Assembly (NCBI RefSeq): GCF_009914755.1
Contig: NC_060940.1
Length of the DNA: 64,000 nucleotides
Reading direction: 5' to 3' (one strand)
From: the human T2T-CHM13v2.0 reference genome, Homo sapiens
Below are positions 60,201 to 64,000 of the stretch, piece by piece. How positions within the stretch are numbered: the stretch's first letter is position 1; each line of letters starts with the position of its first letter. Position numbers and translations under genes: made by a program. The notes under the pieces were generated by a model. That model was not told the origin of the DNA. It saw only the letters and a program-made list of their open reading frames with translations, and searched no databases.

Positions 60201-63200
60201 CCCTTAGATTCCATTCGATGATTCCACTTGATTTCATTTACGATGATTCCATTTGATTCCATGTGATGATTCCATTCAATTCTATTCAATGCTGTTTCCA
60301 TTTGATTCCATTCGACCATGATTGCCTTTGATTCCATTCAATGACTCCATTCGGTTCCTTTTGATGATGATTCCGTTCGATTCCATTTCATTATTCCATT
60401 TGATTCCATTGGATGAGTCCATTCGATTACATTCGATGATTATTCCATTCGAGTGCATAAGATGATTCCATTCGAGTCCATTCGATGATTCCATTCGATT
60501 CCATTCGATGTTGATTCTGTTCAAATCCATTCGATGATTCCACTCGATTCCATTCAGTGATGATTCCATTTGATTCCATCTGATGATGACTTCATTTGAT
60601 TCCATTCGATGATGATTCCATTGGAGTCCATTGAATGATTCAATTCAATTCCATTCCATGTGGATTCCATTCGAATTCATTCGATTATTCCATTCAAATC
60701 CCTTCGTTGATTCCATCTGATTCCACTTGACGATGATTCCATTCAAGTCCAATCGATGATTCCATTCGGTTCCATTCAGTGATTCCATTCGAGTCCATTT
60801 ATGTATTATATTCGTGTCCACTTGATGACTCACTCCATTCAATTCCATTTAATGATGATTCCATTTGATTCCATTTGATGATTCAGTTCGATTCCTTACA
60901 ATGATTCCCTACGATTCCTTTCTATGATGATTCCATTCGATTCCATTCATTGATGATTCCATTCGACTCCATTCGATGATGATTCCTTTCGATTCCATTT
61001 GACGATGTTTCCATTTGAGTCCATTCGATGATGATTCAATTCAGTTCTGTTCTATTATGAATCCATTCGATTTCATTCAATGCTTCTATTTGATTCCATT
61101 CGACGATGATTCCATCTCTTTCCCTTCGATGTTTCCATTTGATTCCATTCAGTGATGATTCCATTTGATTCCATCTGATGATGATTTCACTTGATTCATT
61201 TCAATGATGATTCCATTCAAGTCCATTCGATGATTCCATTGGAGTCCAAACGATCATTCCATTCGATTCCATTCAATGATGATTCCATTCATGTCCATTC
61301 AATGAATCCTTTCAATTCCATTCGATGATGACTCCATTCGAGTACATTCGATGATTCCATTTGATTCCATTTGATGATGATTACATTCAATCCCATTCGA
61401 AGATGATTCCATTCAATTCCACTTGATGATGATTCCGTATGAATCCATTCGCTGATTATTCCATTCGATTCCATTCATTGACGATTCCATTTGATTCCAT
61501 TCAATGATGATGCTCTTCTATTCCATTCGATGATTCCGGTCGATTCCATTCGATGATGATTCCATTAGATTCCATTCGATTGTTGCATTCGATTCCCTTC
61601 GATGATGATTCCTTTGAATTCCATTCGATTATGATTCCGTATGAATCCATTTGATGATTATTCCATTGGATTCCTTTCGATGATGATTCCATTCGATTCC
61701 ATTTGATGATGTTTCTCATGTATTCCATTTGATAATTCCTTTCAATTCCCTTCGATGATGATTCTTTCGAGTCAATTCGATGATTCTATTCCATTCCCTT
61801 CGATGATGATTCCATTTCACTCCATTCGATGATTCCATTCGATTCAATTTGGTGATGATTCAATTCGATGACATTCGATGACTCCATTCAATTTCATTTG
61901 ATGATGATTACATTCGAGTCCATTTGATGATTGTATTCCTTTCCTTTTGATGATTATTCCATTCGTGTCTATTCAAAGATTCCATTCTATTCCATTCAAT
62001 GATGATTCCAATTGATTCCATTCAATGATTATGGCTATCGATTCCACTCGTTGATTCCATTTGATTCCATTCGATGATTATTCCGTTAGATTCCATTAGG
62101 AGATTCCATTCGATTTTATTCAATGATTCCAATTGATTCCATTCAATGATGATTCCATTCGACTCCATTCAGTGATTCCATTTGAGTCCATTTGATGATT
62201 CCATTCGAGTCCATTTGATGATTCCATTCTTTTCCATTTGATGATGATTCCATTAGGGTCCATTCAATGATTCCATTCGAGTCCATTCGTTAATGCCTTT
62301 CGAGTCCTTTTGATCACTACATTCGAGTCCATTCAATGATTCTATTCGATTCCATTCCATGATGATTCCATTCGAGTTCATTCGATGATTGCATTCGAGT
62401 CCATTTGATGATTCCATAAGATTCCATTCGACAATGATTCCATTCGTGTCCATTTGATGATTCCATTCATTTCCTATCGATGAAGATTCCATTCGAGTGT
62501 ATTCGATGATTCCATTCAAATCCATTCGATGATGATTCCATTCCAGTCCATTCGATCATTCCACTTGATTCCATTTGATGACTATTCCATTCAAATCCAT
62601 TTGATGATTCCATTCGATTCCATTCGATGTTACCATTCCAGTATATACGATGATTCCACTCGATTCCATTTGATGATTATTCCATTGGAGTCGACTTAGT
62701 GAATCCTTTAGATTCTACTCGAAGATGATTCCATTCGAGTCCATTCGATGATACCATTCAATTCCATTCGTTGATGCTTCCATTCAAGTGCATTCGATGA
62801 TATCATTCGATTCCATTTGATGATAATTCCATTTGATTCCATGTGATGATTCTATTCCATTCCATTCAATGATAATTCCATTCAATTCAGTGATTCCTCT
62901 GGACTCCATTTGATGATGATTCCATTCAATGATTCCATTCGATTCTATTCGAAAATGATTCCATTTGAATCCATTTGATGATGATTCCATTCGATTCCAT
63001 TTGATGATTCCATTCGATTCCATTCGACGATGATTCCATTCGATTCCATTTGATGATTCCATTCTATTCTATTCGATGATGATTCCATTCGATTCCATTC
63101 GATGATGATTGGATTCGATTCCATTTGATGATTTCATTTGATTCCATTCGATGATGATTTCGATCAATTCCATTCGATGATTCCATTCGATTCCATTTGA

Positions 63201-64000
63201 TAATGATTACATCCGAGTCCATTCGATGATTCCATTTGAGCCCGTTCGATAATTCCATTTGAGTCCAATCAATGATTCCATTCATTTCCATTCAATGATT
63301 CCATTCGAGTCCATTTGATCATTCCGGTAGGGTCCGTTCGATGTTGATTCCATTGGAGTGCATTCGATGATTCCATTCGAGTCCATTTTAGGATTTGATT
63401 CGAGTCCTTTCGATGATTCCATTCGATTCCACTCGATGCGATGATGATTTCATTCGAGTCCATTCGACACTTCCAATCGATTCCATTTGATGTTTCCATT
63501 CGAGTCCAATTGATGATTCCATTCAATTCCATTCGATGATGATTCCGTACGATTCCATTCTGTGATGATTCCATGTGATTGCATTCAATGATGATTTCTT
63601 TCGATTGCATTCGATTATGATTCATTTCGTGTTCATTCTATGGTTCCACAGGTTTCACATCGTGTCCATTCCATTATTCCATTCTATTCCATTTGATGAT
63701 GATTCCATTCGATTCCATTCATTGGTGATTCCACTCAATTCCATTCAATGATTCCATTCCATTTCTTTCAACAATGATTCCATTAGTTTCTAATCGATGA
63801 TCCACTTGATTCCATTTGACGATGATTCCATTCTTGTCCATTCGATGATTCCATTTGATTCCATATGATGATGATTCCATTAGATTCCATACGATGATGA
63901 TTCCATTCGAGTCCATTCAATGGTGATTCCATTCAATTCCATTCGATGATTCCTTTCGATTCCATTTGATGATGATGGCATTCGATTCCTTTCAATCATT
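57235..64000 (+). repeat. Third composite unit, truncated by the window end
   Basis: Core (~58590-60555), then extended module B, then re-entry into the core at ~62649. Confidence 0.85.
60556..62648 (+). repeat. Alternative HSat2 module B, copy 3, with ~240 bp 5' extension
   Basis: B markers run from 60794 to 62648 (+4 and +23 indels versus copies 1 and 2). The segment 60556-60793 was not matched as a block elsewhere in the window. Confidence 0.83.

Larger units (their letters stand above)
1..64000 (+). repeat. Human satellite II (HSat2/HSATII) pericentromeric tandem array, CATTC-rich strand on +; probably subfamily HSat2B (chr16q11.2-type, ~6.1 kb periodicity)
   Basis: Continuous ATTCCATTCG/ATTCCATTCGATGATG/GAGTCCATTC words across the window. 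The CATTCGATTC and GATGAT content distinguishes it from (CATTC)n HSat3. There is no strand switch. The subfamily and chromosome assignment is inferred only from the 6,112-bp period and is less certain than the HSat2 call. Confidence 0.97.

Noticed and set aside
320-63916. Numerous 60-164 aa minus-strand ORFs (MESSNGIEWNH-type)
   Set aside because: These are direct translations of the GAATG/ATC satellite words. They are low-complexity, overlap in several frames, and are gained or lost by single SNVs between copies. They show no domain or gene-structure signal, so I used them only as positional markers.
1-64000. CRISPR-like repeat/spacer array
   Set aside because: There is no invariant repeat separated by unique spacers and no cas genes. 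All intervening sequence is the same satellite.
1-64000. HSat3, alpha satellite or telomeric repeat identity
   Set aside because: Pure (CATTC)n runs are only about three units long. I saw no 171-bp monomer, CENP-B box or TTAGGG tract.

Overview
The whole 64 kb window is one uninterrupted, single-orientation array of human satellite II (HSat2/HSATII): degenerate CATTC pentamers forming ATTCCATTCG plus (ATG)1-2 words, giving 23/26-bp monomers and 49-bp dimers. I see no credible gene, RNA gene, transposon or CRISPR array; the ORF track reflects translation of GAATG repeats. The dominant higher-order unit is 6,112 bp. From memory of the literature this fits the HSat2B array at 16q11.2, which is inference and was not mapped. 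The non-obvious structure is architectural. (1) A ~1.83 kb alternative module occurs three times and creates a second ~4.1 kb loop through a shared ~2.25 kb core. (2) A ~34.3 kb offset duplication and a 12,250 bp dimer-like relationship are marked by shared SNVs. (3) Indels are quantised to 10/13/16/23/26/49-bp blocks, including 98 = 2x49, 170 = 3x49+23 and 392 = 8x49. (4) There are footprints of out-of-register conversion and unequal crossover. No new protein-coding system is supported. All coordinates and offsets were read by eye from landmark motifs and the ORF track.
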